Of a stretch of DNA of 64,000 bases, positions 14,197 to 28,010 are shown piece by piece. The stretch is taken from positions 29,631,440-29,695,439 of the forward strand of contig NC_081371.1 in the NCBI RefSeq assembly GCF_030684315.1, in the 5' to 3' direction. Below the pieces are notes generated by a model. It was given only the letters and a program-made list of their open reading frames with translations, did no database searches and was not told the origin of the DNA. A program made the position numbers and the translations under genes. The DNA comes from Stegostoma tigrinum (taxonomy: Eukaryota). The first letter of the stretch is position 1. Every line of letters begins with the position of its first letter.

Positions 14197-14901
14197 CTGC
14201 AAGATAAAAGAAGAATTTGGAATTATTGCTTCAATAATATTGTTGCCATTTTCAAAAATTAACTAACTTTTGGGGACCTTTTCTCTTTAAAAAAAAACTT
14301 GAGCAATGCTACAGAAGATGCAGAAGTATGAATTAATAATTTTATATTCCTCAGAGTGGAATGACGTATGATTGTCATTTCCAAAAATACTGACTGACAT
14401 AACTTAACTACAAAGTATTGAATTGGTCAAATAGTCAGCAAGCATCATACTTCAAAAAGGAAAACAGAAACCAGCACTGTAAACATTCAACATTCAATTC
14501 ACATTTGATTTCTTAGCCTGCCCCAGAATCTTGTTTTAGAAAAGGTTGATTCCACACATCTGTTCTGTCCATACTTTCTGTAGTTCCTAACCACTCAACT
14601 CCAATAACACAATCCTCCTGCCTCCTTAGTCACTTTGGGCTTGGTCTGCATCTCACTCAAGCTCTCTCAAACCCACCATCTCTCGTTCACGACCTGCAGA
14701 ATATTCAACACATTGCAGATTGCTGCTATTCTACAGGAGGATTGAAAACCTAAAATGCATGACTACGGTCGCCATTAGTAGAAAGTGATTTTCTAAAAGC
14801 AGATTATTTCTAAAAGCCAAAAGTCAAAATTTTTTTTTGCAGTTTTTGTAATTTTACAAATGTTTTGATTTGTTGATCAATTCCCCCGCGAGTCATAAAG
14901 A

Positions 14902-15100
14902 AAGTAAGGACTGCAGATGCTGCAAGCTAGAGTCAATAAATGTGGGGCTGGAAAAACCTCCGAGGAACAGGAAAGTCAACGTTTCAGGCCAAAACCCTTT
15001 GTTAAGAGTCCTGATGAAGGGTTTGTCCAAAATGTTGACTTTCCTGCTCTTTGGATGTTGCCAGATCTGCTGTGCTTTTCCAGCTCCACAGTTATTGACC
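14902..15100. mobile_element. Short inverted PLE pLTR pair (hairpin)
   Basis: Two opposite pLTR ends meeting at ~15007-15010. Both hammerhead cores are damaged. Confidence 0.75.
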
Positions 15101-15263
15101 CCACCCTTAGAATTTGCTGTCCTCAGTACTAGGGCTGTAAACAAAAACCACAGAAAATTGACTAATTCCAGATGTGTCTCCTGTGGAGTCACTGACCTCT
15201 GAGTCAGTTATTGGAAAACGGAACACACAAAGGCTCTCAAAAATAAACAAGTCAGATAGTCAC

Positions 15264-15372
15264 CTGGCAAAGTCTTTGTCTACTTCATAATCATACTTCA
15301 TCCATGTGTCACAATACACAAAAAATTCCATAACAGACAATAGAGCAATGGTGGTAAAGGCAATTATAGAAA
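15264..15372 (-). CDS. ERGIC2: ERGIC2 coding exon (first transmembrane segment)
   Basis: ttacag|...|gtgact, 109 nt, reading (V)SIIAFTTIALLSVMEFFVYCDTWMKYDYEVDKDFA(S). Phase is consistent with neighbouring exons. Confidence 0.96.
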
Positions 15373-15476
15373 CTGTAAAGAAATAATTATCACAGTTAAT
15401 ACATGTTAAGAATTAACATACAATGATATTCAATGTAAAATTAAATATGCTAGTTAGGATTCCAAACTGAAAGCAC

Positions 15477-15582
15477 CTGTTCCACCACTCGTGGAAGTCT
15501 CAATATAACTTTCAGGAATCTTTGGGAAGGCATCAAGCTCCTTCACTAAATTCAATGCTCTCTTCTTATTTAATCGCCTCAT
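15477..15582 (-). CDS. ERGIC2: ERGIC2 first coding exon (exon 2; likely acceptor at 15632-15633)
   Basis: Reverse strand reads MRRLNKKRALNLVKELDAFPKIPESYIETSTSGGT, the ERGIC2/Erv41 N-terminus (LDAFPK motif). 106 coding nt, followed by a GT donor. Confidence 0.96.
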
Positions 15583-18500
15583 CTTCAGATATACATTCAG
15601 GAACCTTCACTTTCAGCTTCATAAATTCGATCTGCAAACATGTTAAATTTCATTAGCGCAGGCTGAAAATAAGGCAATAATGTCCAAAATGTTATGTAAA
15701 ATTGCAAAATAAAAAAGCTATGCAAAACTACTTCAATAGAATAAAATGTGAGTTTCCCTGCACAGAAATCTGCATGGCATTTTAAATTTTATATGGTCTA
15801 TGATTTATTAACTTGGATATTGCAATAGCTTCATGATCATTACCATCACCTTTCACTGTCTGTTAATTCATGGTTCCAGCTAGGTGCCCTACTGATGGCC
15901 CCCCACATTGAAGGCAATCAAGTAGTAAACATTACATATTGTTGAATGAAGTGTAACTAGGCTTTTATGGCACACTAAGTTCATAATTTTAAACAGCAAC
16001 ACTGCCCTGAAAAACAAATTTTCATTTTTTAACAGAGCAAATTTCTCCAGGACTTAAAAAAGGAAATTATTTTTAAAATTTAAGATAGTTCAGCTTCTAC
16101 TCTAATCCATGAGCATAACCCCAATCATTTATTTTGCTCTCTGTAAAATCTATTAAAAATGACTAATAATCAGTGTATTTTATTGCCTGGTTTCTTGTCT
16201 ACGTGAATACTTTAATCTGACTGGCTCAGTTTCTGCCACATTCAAAGAGGTAAATAAATTCCTCTCTTTTCTCTCCCAAACTTGGAATAACAGTTCTGAA
16301 TTTTTAAACAGATATTCTTTTCTCCAATTCAATGTGTAGTTGGACATGTATTAGAGTTAAGATACAGGGGAGACCGATCTTGTTAGGCAATCAAAATTAA
16401 GGAATTAATTTTATTGCAAATTCACTCAGTTATAAATATAATCATTATAAAAAGGTAGAACCCATCCTGAGTTTAACATACACACTCCAGAATGCAAGTA
16501 AATAGAACAAGGTGTAAAGTGAGGAGAGGCAGAATTGAAAAACAATTAGAGCTCTCACATTAAGGAATCATGTGTTTCAATGTTGATATTGAGTTTCTGT
16601 TCAAACGTTTAAACGGAGATAGCTTAGTTGTTCTGAATGTTGTTGTACAGGAGCAGATTTCTATGTTTTAAAAACTCTCAATTTGCAATTGCTTTCGCGG
16701 AGCCAGGCACACCACTTCCAAAGATAGAGTCCTTCTTGATGTTACACTTTCTGTAGCAAAAAGTACAAGCTTATAATCATGATTTCTCACAGGAGGATGG
16801 CTTTGATGTGTTAATTGGCAGTTGGCCCACACTGGAATCAATTCATTTTCAACAGAGTTTTGTCAGATTTTCCCTGCTACCATTTGATATTATCAGGGTG
16901 ATTTCTATTGCATTTGCATAACGTGTTTCAGATTTAAGTCTTTGTTCCAGCAATATCTGTAGCTGAAAAGTTTTATTCCAGTAGAGTCATTTGAAAGTCT
17001 CATTCCAGATGTTGAATTTTATTAGTCAAGGACCTTAGGATGCTTTTTTAGGAGGAGTGATAAACAGCTTCAGCAATATTGTTCCTTTGTAAATTCCTGT
17101 TGAGCTTGGCTACATTCAGGTCAGCTGTCTTTAGTATTCCAGCTCATTTTTAATCGTTTCCTCTCAATCCAAAGTCCAAAGCTTTAAGCTACTCATTTAA
17201 AGATCAATAGTCCATTTTTTATACTATCATGATAGTCTTTACTATGCTGGATGACATCACGTCTGGAAATCCCAGAATCAAACAAGCAATCAGAGGAGAG
17301 AAATTCACGCAATGACAGCTAGACTTTGCAGGAAGGTTTCTTTGAGATAAGTGGTAATTACAACCACCCCACTGATGCTGGTGAAATCTGGGCCAATGTT
17401 TTGTACTGAACACCACTTACTAACCATTTTTCTCCTCTAATGTAAAAGGACAGGTTTCTGCTATCTCCAAATGGGTAAAAATGCTTACATTTTAAATTCA
17501 ATGACTTAAATGCACAGGTATGATTGAAAAACATTGATCTTAGCTAATAAAAGTAAACCAAAACCTAGAGTGATGAACATAATACAAATTTAAACAATTT
17601 ACCTCCAATCCAGTTTATAATTGTGTTATATGGACAAAATCTACTTGCAAAAAAAAAGTAAAAATTGTTGGAATTATACATGGAGTACTATGCCTTGATG
17701 CTTTCCCTGCAAACTTTAAAAACTCGAATGACATATCCAAGTTTCACACCAATGAAGAAAATTTATGAGTCTACCAACTTATGCAACAAAAACTGTTCAC
17801 TATGATCACTCAGCAAATCAGAGAATCTTAGCAGCAAAATTCCTCCATAAGGCAGCAAAAATAATTCTAAATAAATCTCTACTCTTATTTGTCTCAAATG
17901 CATTCTTCATTCCTTCAAAATGTTACCCCAGTATTATTTATTCTTGGTCTTATATTCTGAAATCTGATTTATGAAACTTTTTTGCACCCCAAATCTTTTA
18001 TTTTAACGTCAGTTGACTTCACCTGATCATCCCTCTGAGTCACCAGTTTCAACACAGAATTCATGGAAATTACATCTATTAAGTGAACAAAATTACAAAT
18101 TTTATTTTCCCCTCAGTTAATGTATTCTCATTGTAGATATGTAACTCCGAACAACAGAAATTGCAGTTTCTCTCCCCGAGGCCATTCCTGGCTCTTTGCT
18201 CCATTATGTTTCCTCCGCTACAGCATCAGAGTCTAAATACATTCCCTTTCCCATGCCTCTTGAAACTTCCATTCTACTCCATTCCTTTCACTATTTTCAT
18301 TTTCCTCTTGATCCTGTTTCAACCGTCCCATTTTTTGGTTCTTTGAATTTGGATGCCATCCAGATGCCTAAACTTTGCTGCTCTGGACTATCTACTGCAC
18401 TGCACTCCTAGAGTTGCCCTCTATCTTTCCATTCTGTCCTGAAATTCCTCTTCTTTTTCTGCCACTTGCAGTGAGTTCCAGGGTACTATCCTGAAATATA

Positions 18501-18741
18501 TGCTTAGACCTTTTTGAGCAACTGCCAGAATACTCATTTCCACCATCGTGCACTACTCTCACCACTACCTGCCAGTTATGCTCATTGCTCTGCACTTTCA
18601 TCGTGTCATCAGTGGCTAGATTTTCAGGCTACAGGCTTCTGAAGACTGTCAAAGAACAACCAAGGACAGGCTCCTTGGCTCACCATGACTGTGCCAACAC
18701 ACGATACCTTTCTAAACCAAAAAACATCTGCCTCTGCATTG

Positions 18742-18889
18742 GTGATAATGGGAACTGCAGATGCTGGAGAATCCAAGATAATAAAATGTGAGGCTGGATG
18801 AACACAGCAGGCCCAGCAGCATCTCAGGAGCACAAAAGCTGACGTTTTGGGCCTGCTGTGTTCATCCAGCTTCACACTTTATTATCTTG
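18742..18889. mobile_element. Short inverted PLE pLTR insertion (young family)
   Basis: Near-identical to the ends of 37119-38193. Flanked by TGCCTCTGCAT duplicates at 18729-18739 and 18888-18898. Confidence 0.85.
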
Positions 18890-19129
18890 CCTCTGCATGG
18901 TTCTTATCCCTCTCTTCCTTGCGTATTCATATATTTGTCAAGACGTCTCTTAAATGTTGTGATTGTATCTGCCTCTACCATGTCCTCTGGCAACACACTC
19001 CAAGCACTTACCACCTTCTGTGTAAATAACTTGTCTGTCACATCATCTTTAAATTTATCCCGTTACCTTAAACCTAAATTCACTATTAACTGACTATTCT
19101 ACCCTGGGGAAAAATAATTAAAATAGAAT

Positions 19130-19870
19130 CTTGATTAGACGGGGCAACGGGTTGAGGAGTTTAATTTATATAAATGTGAGTTGCAGCATTTTGGAAAGGC
19201 AAATCAGGGCAGGATTTATACTCTTAATGGCAAGGTCCTGGGGGAGTGCTGCTGAACAAAGAGATATTGGGGTGCAGGTTCATAGTTACTTGAAAGTGGA
19301 GTCTTAGGTAGATAGGATAGTGAAGGCAGTGTCTGGTATGCTTGCCTTTATTGGCATGGAGTAAAGGAGTATGGAGGTCATCCTGTGGCCATACAGCACA
19401 TTAGTTAGGCTGCTTCTGGAACACTGCATTCAATTCTGGTCTCCCTGCTTTAGGAATAACGTTGTGAAACTTGAAAGGGTTCTGAAAAGATTTATAAGGA
19501 TGTTGCCAGAGTTTGAACTTTGAGGCTGAATAGGCTAGGGCTATTTTGCCTACAGCATCAGAGGCTAAGGGGTGACCTTTTAGAGGTTACTAAAATCATG
19601 AGGAGCACAGATAGGGTGAACAGCCAAGGTCTTTCCCAGGATAGCGGAGTCCGAAAACAGACGGCATAGGTTTAAGGAGAGGGGGAAAAGATTTGAAAGG
19701 GGATCTAAGGGGCAACTTTTTCACACAGTGTGTGGTGAGTGTATGTAATGAGCTGTCAGAGGAAGTGGTGGAGTCTGATACAATTACAACATTTAAAAGG
19801 CATTTGGATGGGTATATGAACAGAAGGGTTGAGAGTGGTTTGGGCAAATGGTATGTTTCTGTGCGGTACA
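19130..19870 (+). mobile_element. CR1 LINE 3' fragment
   Basis: GDLRGNFFTQCVVSVCNELSEEVVESDTITTFKRHLD. Confidence 0.85.
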
Positions 19871-19879
19871 GCTTTATGA

Positions 19880-22800
19880 TGATCTTTGTCACCTCCTCAA
19901 AAAACTCAACCACGTTTGTGAGACACAAAGCTAGGCTGCCAATTCCTAATAAGTCCATATTTTTCCAAATGTGACTAATTCCTACCCCTAAGAATTGTCT
20001 CCAATAATTTTCCTACCACTGACATAAGGCACACTGGCCTACTACAGTCTTTCTTTAAAAAAATGAACCACGTGGACTATTCCATCGTCCTCTGGGACCT
20101 CTCCTGTAACTAATAAAGATACAAAGATTTTGTACAAGGCCCAGTAATTTCGTTATCTGGCTCCCTTGGTATTCTTGGACAGATCCCATCAGGTCCTGGG
20201 GACTCATCTACCTGAATGTTTTTTAAAAACATCCACATTTTTAACATTGACATTCCCCAGAATATCAACTTGTCTCCCAAGATTCACCATTCACCATGAC
20301 CTTCTCCTTTGTAAATACTCATGGAAAGTATTTGTTAAGGACCTCACTCACTTCCTCTTGCACCACACATATTCCCTCCACTGTCCTTGAGAGGACTACC
20401 CTTTACCTAACTATCCTCTTGCTCCTTAGACATGTACAAAATACCTTGCAATTTTCCTTAATTCTGTTTGCCAAGGACATTTCATGGCTCCTTTTAACTT
20501 TCCTAATCCTTGTATGAGTTCTTTCCTGCTATCTTAATATTCTTTGAGAGCTTTGTCTTTAGTTTCATAAATGTTATGTATTTTTCTTTGACTAAGCTCT
20601 CAATTTCTCTTGTCATTCAAGGTTCCCAAATCTTGCTATTCTTATCCTTCATTTTCACAGGAACATGCTGCCCCTGAACTCTAATCAACTGGCCTTTAAA
20701 AGATTCCTACCTGTCAGATGAGAATTTACCTTCAAACAGCCACTCCTAATCTAAATTTCCCAGCTTCTGCCCAATATTGTGGTTGCTAGCCCTCCCCCAA
20801 TTTACAATTTTCACCCAAGGATTAGCCTTATCCTCATCCATAAGTAATTTAAAGTTTACAGAATTATGGATACTGTTCCTGAAAGTTCCCGAACTGAAAT
20901 TTAATCATCTGGCTGGGCTCACTCCCCAATACCAGGTCTGGTATGGCCCCTTTGCTAGTCAGACTACTTACAAACGGTTTCAAAAAACCACCCTCGACAC
21001 ACCTAACAAATTCTCCCCATCCAAGTCTCTGACATTAAGCAAGTCTCTGTCAGTATAGGGGAAGTTAAAATCATCCATCATATCAATCCTATTGTTTTTA
21101 CAAATTTCCATAGTCTGTCCACCTTTCCACTCCTCTGTCACCCATTGGCTATTGGGAGGCCTGTAGCACAATCCCAAAGTGACTGCACTGTTCCTATTCC
21201 TGAGCTCTACCCTTATGGCCTCCCTCCAAGGTGGCCTCCCTCCCTACAGCTTTAATATATTCTCCCTCATCAATAATGCAACTCCTCCACCTCCTTTACA
21301 TCCCTCTCTATTATGCCTGAAACATATAATCCTGGAACGTTAAGATGCCAGTCTTGTCCCTTTCTCAACCAAGTCTCTGTAACAGCTAAAACATGAAAAA
21401 CACTGATTACTTCCAGTTCCACATGCTGGTCAGGGTAAGAACTGGAGGATGTGGCAGATGAATGTGTGGCCTAACAATTGGTGCAGGGATTCAGATTCTT
21501 GGATCATTGGGATCTTTTCTGGGGCAGAGGTGATCTGTTCAAGATAGACAGGTTGCCCCTGAACTGGAGAGGGAACCAATATTTTGGTGGGCAGATTTGC
21601 TAGTGTTGCAAGGGAGGGTTTAAACTAAATTACAGTGGGTTGGGATCCTTAACAGCAGGGAGGTGAGCAAGAGTCTGAAAGGGGATACAGTAATCAGAAA
21701 TAGCAAGCTGAAGAGACAGGTCAGGCCGGAACAGGACAGGAGGCAAGGGATGCCTGTTGGATTAAATTGTATCTATTTCAATGCAAGAGGGCTGACAGGT
21801 AAGGCTGATAAACTCTGGGTGTGGATAGGTACGCGGGAGGAGGATATTATAGCCATGACAGAAACATGGCTAAGTGAGGGGCAGGACTGGCAGCTTAATG
21901 TGCCAGGGTACAAGTACTTTAGGCGGGACAGAGGTGGAGGAAAGAGGGGAGGGGGAAGTCGCATTTTTGATTAAGGGGTGTATCACAGCAAAAGTCAGAT
22001 GAAATAACTGAGGGAACATCTTTGTGGTTAGAGCTAAGAAATAAAAAAGGGATGGTGATGCAATTGTGGTTGTAGTACTGGCCCCCAAGTAGTCAATGGG
22101 AATTTGAGAACAAACATACAGGGAGATTGCAATGACTCGCAGGGGAAATAAGACTGTCATCATGGGGGATTTTAATTTTCCTAACGGAGGCTGGAACTGC
22201 CATAATGTTAAGGGCTTAGATGGGGTGGAGTTTGTTAAGTGTGTTCAGGAAAGTTTCCTCAAACAGTATACAAAGGGCCCTACTCAGGAAGGGGCAAAAC
22301 TAGACCAACTCTTGGGAACGAGGGCAGGACATGTGACTGAGGTGACAGTGGGGGAGCACTTGGGACCAGAGGCCACAGTTCTATTCATTTTAAAATAGTT
22401 ATGGAGAAGGACAAAACTGATCCACAGGTTCAAGTTCTAAACTGGAGCAAGGCAAACTTTGATGGAATTAGACAGGAGCCTGCAGTGGTTGACTGGAGTA
22501 GTTTGTTTGCAGGCAAAGGGACCTTTGTCAACTGGGGAGGCCTTTAAAACTGTGATAGTTAGAGTTCAAAGTCTGTACATTCTTGGGAGGATTAAGGTCA
22601 AGGTTAACAGGAGTAGGGAACCCTGGATGACAAGAGATATTGAGGCTTTGATCACAAAAGGAGGCATGGAACAGTTACAGGCAGCTGGGATCAAGGGAAT
22701 CCCTGCAAGTATATCGTGGGTACAGGAGTTCACTGAAGGAAATCAGGGCAGCAAAAAGAGGACACGAGATGGCTTTGGCTGAGAAGATTAGGGTGAATGC

Positions 22801-25060
22801 CAAGAGATTCTTCAAGTATGTTAAAGGAAAAAGAATAACAAGAGAGAGAGTAGAATCCAAGGACCAAAGTGGACATGTATGTGTGGAACCGCAGGAGATC
22901 GGTGAGGTCCTCAATGACTATTTCTCCTCTACGTTTACTGTGGAGAAAGACATGAAGACTTGAGAAAATTAGTGGTGATATCTTGGGAACAGTCCATATC
23001 CCTGTAGAAGTGGTGCTGGAAGTATTAGAATGTATGAAGGTGGATAAGTCTCCTGATCCTGACCAGATGTGTCCAAGAACCCTGCAAGAGGCTAGAGAAC
23101 AAATTGTGGGGGCCCTGCCCTTGCATCATTAGCCACGGGTTAGGTCGCGGAAGACTGGAGGGTAGTGAATGTTGTCTCCTTATTCAAGGAGGGATGCAAA
23201 GAAAAATCTGGGAATTATAGACCTGTAAGCTTAAGATCTGTGATAGGTAAGCTATTTGAGAAGATTCTGAGGGATAAGACATACATGCATTTGGAAAGAC
23301 ATGGTCCGATTAGGAGTAGTCAGGATAGCTTTGTGGATGGGAGATCACGTCTCACAAATTTGTCAGAGTTCTTTGATGAAGTGACCAGGAGAGCTGATGA
23401 GAGCAGGGCAGAAGATATGGTCTATATGGATTTCAGTAAAGCCTTTAATAAGATTGCACATGGTAGGATGCTCTGGAAGGTTAAATCACTTGGAATCCAG
23501 GGAAAGTTGGCAAATTGGATACACAGTTAGCTTGATGGTTGGAAGCAGACAGCAATATGAAAGGATGCTTGATAGACTGGAGGCCTGTGACTAGTGGTGT
23601 GCCTCAGACTACAGTGCTGGGTCCATTGCTGTTTGTTATCTATATCAATGATTTGTATGATAATGTACAAGGCATGATTAGTATGTCTGCGACACAAAGA
23701 GGTTGTGTTGTGGACAGTGAGGAAGGTTATCAGAAATTGCAGCTGGGGAAGTGGACCAAGAAATAGCAAATGGAGGTTGGTATAGATAAGTGTAAGGTGT
23801 TGCATTTTGGAAAGTCAATCATGGTAGGAGTTTCATGGTGAATGGTAGGGCCTTAAGGAATGCAGTGGAACAGAGGGAACTTGGAGTTCAGGTGCATAGT
23901 TCCCTCTGAAAGTGGAGTCACAGGTAGACAGGGCAGTGAAGGCGGCTTTTGGCGCACTGGCCTTTATCAGCTAGGGCGCTGAGTATAGAAGTTGGGAAGT
24001 TATGTTGCAGTCGTACTGGACGTTGGTGAGGCTGCACTTGTAATATCGTGTTCAGTTTTGGTCACCTTGCCATAGGGAGGATGTTATTAAACTGGAAAGA
24101 GTGCCAAAGAAATTTATAAGGATGTTGCCAGGGCTCAAAAGGTACCGAGTTATAGGCAGTGGTTGGACAAACTATGACATTTTCTTTAGAACATCGGAGA
24201 CTGAGGAGGGAAATTAAAGAAGTGGATAAGATCATGAGAGGCATGCTTAGGGTGAATGCACTCAGACTTTTTCCCAGGGTTGGGGAACTGAGGATTAGAA
24301 GGCATCAGTTTAAGGTAAGAGGAGAAAGAATAATTGTAAATCTGAGGGGGCGACTTTTTTTAATACACAGTGGGTGGTAAGCATATGGAATGAGCTACCA
24401 GTGGAAGTCATTGACACAGGTACATTAACAACATTTAAAAGGCATTTAGACAAATACATGGATAGAAAAAGTTTAGAAGGATATGGGCCAAGTGCAGGGA
24501 AATGGAGGTATCACGGTGGACATTTTGGTCGGCATGGGCTAATTTGGGCCAAAGGGCCCGGCTACATGTTGTAGAACTCTATGATAGTTAGATGTAATAA
24601 TCCAAGCTCCTGGTTCATCTACATTACCTGTCACACTCGTCACATTAAAAACAAATACACCTCAGTCTGTCAGTCCTATTTGTGCTCAGTAACCTCTCCC
24701 TGCTCATTTTTGGTATCAGTCTTACTGGCGTCAGTCTGACTCCTCCTTGGTCATTTGACTTGTTGTCCTACTGCTCCGCTTCCCGCTCCACCTGCCACAC
24801 TAGTTTAAACCCTCTGGAGTGGCACTAGCAAAACTTCCTGCCAGGATATTGGTGCCTATCACATTTAGATGCAACCCTCCTTCTTATATAGATCCCACCC
24901 TGGCGGGAAGACATCCCAATGATTCACATATTGGATGCCCTCTCTCCTACATCAGCTCTTTAGCCATGTATTTAAATGTACTACCTTCCTATTCCTAGTC
25001 TGACATGTGGCACAGGAGGTAATCCTGAGTTTACACCACTGAGGCCTTTGCTCTGTTGCT
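19880..25060 (-). mobile_element. Old CR1 (19880-21425 and ~24590-25060) interrupted by a plus-strand CR1
   Basis: APE remnant GLCYRPPNS...DDFNFP (20980-21177). The sequence resumes after ~24590. Confidence 0.75.
21430..24585 (+). mobile_element. Long decayed CR1 LINE (end of ORF1 plus ORF2)
   Basis: CIYFNARGL, IIAMTETW, IMGDFNFP, NYRPVSL, YMDFSKAF, GVPQ..VLGPLLF and a CR1 3' UTR, broken by many stops and frameshifts. Confidence 0.92.
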
Positions 25061-27234
25061 GCTGCAATTGCTGCTTGCACTGACCAGTCATTGGAGATGG
25101 GGGTTGGGGTGGTTTAGAAGCCTGTGTGGAAAGCTGTCAGTCAGTGTGATTTTTCTTAGAATGGAAAATTAATGACAGAGAATGCATTTCTCTTAAGCCT
25201 TCAAAGTTCTCAAGGCCTTCCAGTTTGAAAGCAACAGCAGGATAGCATTTAAATCAAAGAAAGGGGTACTTTGCACTGCCTATCAACTTCAATTTCTGTC
25301 TGAGACTGAAAGTCAGCTACCAGGTTTTTCAACAGCTTGCAAATAGTTATTTGTTGCTTTCCTTTCAGTTGTGGTTACTGTCTCTGCTTTCTTCCCAAAG
25401 CAGTAGTTTTACATTATCCCATACTTCTTCATAAAAATGTACAACCTCCACTGTGGCAAAAACAACACATATACATCAAATATATCTACAGCTGGACACG
25501 ATTTCTGGTAGTTTATAGAAACATAGTAAATAAAAGAGTAATGAATAAAAGCAGAAACAAACATAAGCTGCATTTACACTACACGAATTACTTTTGCAAG
25601 ATTCATTTACAGACAGACGTTTTTGTCTAAATGTGGACTCAGTTAATGTTAACAGACATTCAGAAAAAGAATTACATCTTGGGGAAGTGAAAAAGGTCAA
25701 ACTTTTTTGGTTCAATGAGCATTGCCACAGGAAATCAACTAATTATAACAAAATACACAGTAATTACAGATTGACATTAGGCGCAAATCACTCTGATCAA
25801 AGTCAAGCTCTCCCTGTTCAGCTGAGCTCTGGTTAGTTTAACCTACAATGTTCCTCCACCATCTTTTTATTCTGACCTTATTCACCGTTGAGGCAGGATT
25901 TCAAGTAAATCTCAGCACTTAACTGGCAAGTTAGATAGAAAGATTATGCATTTGAAGAAATTTCATGAACATTAACAAAGTAAATAATGATGCCACCAAC
26001 AGTACGAATTACAACCATGTGTAATAAGTGGGAATTATTTCCTACATTGATCAAGTTTGCAATTGATAACATTTTAAGAAGTCTGATTTAACTTCAATAA
26101 AGAAATTCTGGTTAAGCCTCAAAAAACGTTTGACAACTCTACTGAGCTGGGGTAGAAGATGTTAATAAATTTGATGCATGAAATAACTAAGTAATGTGAG
26201 CACCATCCATACACAGAAAATGAAAGTTTTAAGCGCCAAAAGATGAAACAAATCAGAAGTGTCAACATGATTAGGTAAAAATAATTTAAACTTTGCACAA
26301 TCTTGACCTCAGAACAGCAACTGCTGTTTGAGTGACAACTAATTTCCTACATAGGAAGAACTACAGGAGGGCAGTGAGAAACACATTGGAAAAATCAAGT
26401 TTGACAGTGACAAAAGTATGGTGGTTCCAACAGCTACAGATTGGTTGAAGCAGAGGTGGAGGCAGGCAGTATTATTGGGCTGGAAACTTAGCAAGGGATT
26501 CAATAAAATCAGCCTGTAACTGAATCAGAAAGAGGAATGAAACTGGTGGTAAGGGTAACTAAGTTGTGCAGGATTCAAAGGCAACAATACTGGAGAAAAT
26601 AACATCTCATTCAAACAAACTGGTGCCAAGCAATCCATACTGCATTGGCTACCAGCAAGTAGCTATTTTTATCCACAGACCAGTGACCAGATATCTATGA
26701 AAAAGGCCTTCTCCACCTCCAAACAACTAAATAATTGGCTTCGAGGTAGCTGAACCTCTTGGAGGTGAGAATACTTGGGTCAGGAGCCACTGCATTTCTG
26801 CAAGAGCAGGAATTCTTTTCTTTGCTGTAAAAACCTTAAACCTGAAGAAAGCCAGTTATTTTTTCTTCAGCAGCTGTTGTAAGCTGTGGCTCTTAACCAA
26901 TTAGCGAGAGACTGTGTGTGAACTAGCCACCCTGTAAATATCTGGACAGGGAGCCAAGGTGTAAGACATACTGACAATCCAAAAGACCCATTTCAATGAA
27001 TCCTGTGAATAGGGACCATTGAATATCCTTCCCGATCTTATCTCTGTGCATCGTGCCTATATTTTTATCTTCCTGCCTGTGTTGTTTCTGGGTGCAAATA
27101 CATCAGGTGGAGGAGTGTAATTTACAAGTGAGTTAGAGTATTAGAGTTTTGACTAGTTGAGTAATGCAATGGTTAATAACTGTTTAGCTGTAACTGGAAT
27201 TTATTTATTTGTAATAAATAGTCATTCCCCTATC

Positions 27235-28010
27235 CCCAAGCTTGGACTGATATATGGCAAGTAATATTCATGCTACACAAGTGCCATGCAATGGCCATTT
27301 CCAACAAGTGAATCTAAGCATCACCACTTGATATTTAATGGCATTACCATCACTGAATCCCTCACATAATCCTTCTAGGGGTTACAACAGACCAGAAACT
27401 GAACTAGTCATAATTTCTGTGGCTACAAGTAGGTCAGAGCTACAAATCTTGCGAGTAACTCAACTCCTGATTTCCCAAAGCCTGCCCACCACCTTCAAGG
27501 CATAAGTCAGAAATGTAATGGAATATGTTCCATAGGCTTGGATAAAAGCAGCTCCAAGAATAGTCAAGCAGCTTGACATAATCCAGGACAAGAGCATTCC
27601 AGTTAATTGGCACCATATTCATAAACATTAATTCCCTTCACCAGTGACACACAGTAACAGCAGCGTTGATTATCAGTAAAATGCATTCCAGTGGTTCACC
27701 AAGGCTCTTCAGACAGCACTCTCCAAACACGTGGCCACTACCAATGAGGCAGCAGATACATGGGAACACCATCACCAGCAAGTTCCTTTCCAAGCCACTC
27801 ACCACTCCGACTTTGAAACATACTGCTGTTCCTTCACTTTTGCTGGATCAAGATCCTGGAAGTCCCTTGTTAACAGCATTGTGGTTCTAACTACACAAAA
27901 TGGTCTGCAGTGGTTAAAGAAGACAGCTTACCACAAATTTCTCAAAGGTAATTAGGGACGGGCAATCAATGCTAACTCAGGCAAGCAAGCCTACATCCCT
28001 TGAATTAAGA
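27235..28010 (+). mobile_element. LINE 3' end sharing its tail with the HE1-type SINE (HER1-like)
   Basis: Ends ...ctcaaaggtaattagggacgggcaatcaatgct, similar to the SINE tail at ~49620-49680. Family name recalled, not searched. Confidence 0.55.

Noticed and set aside
25230-27220. Possible solo-LTR-like segments (also ~5900-6850)
   Set aside because: No paired LTR, PBS/PPT or TSD could be identified by eye.
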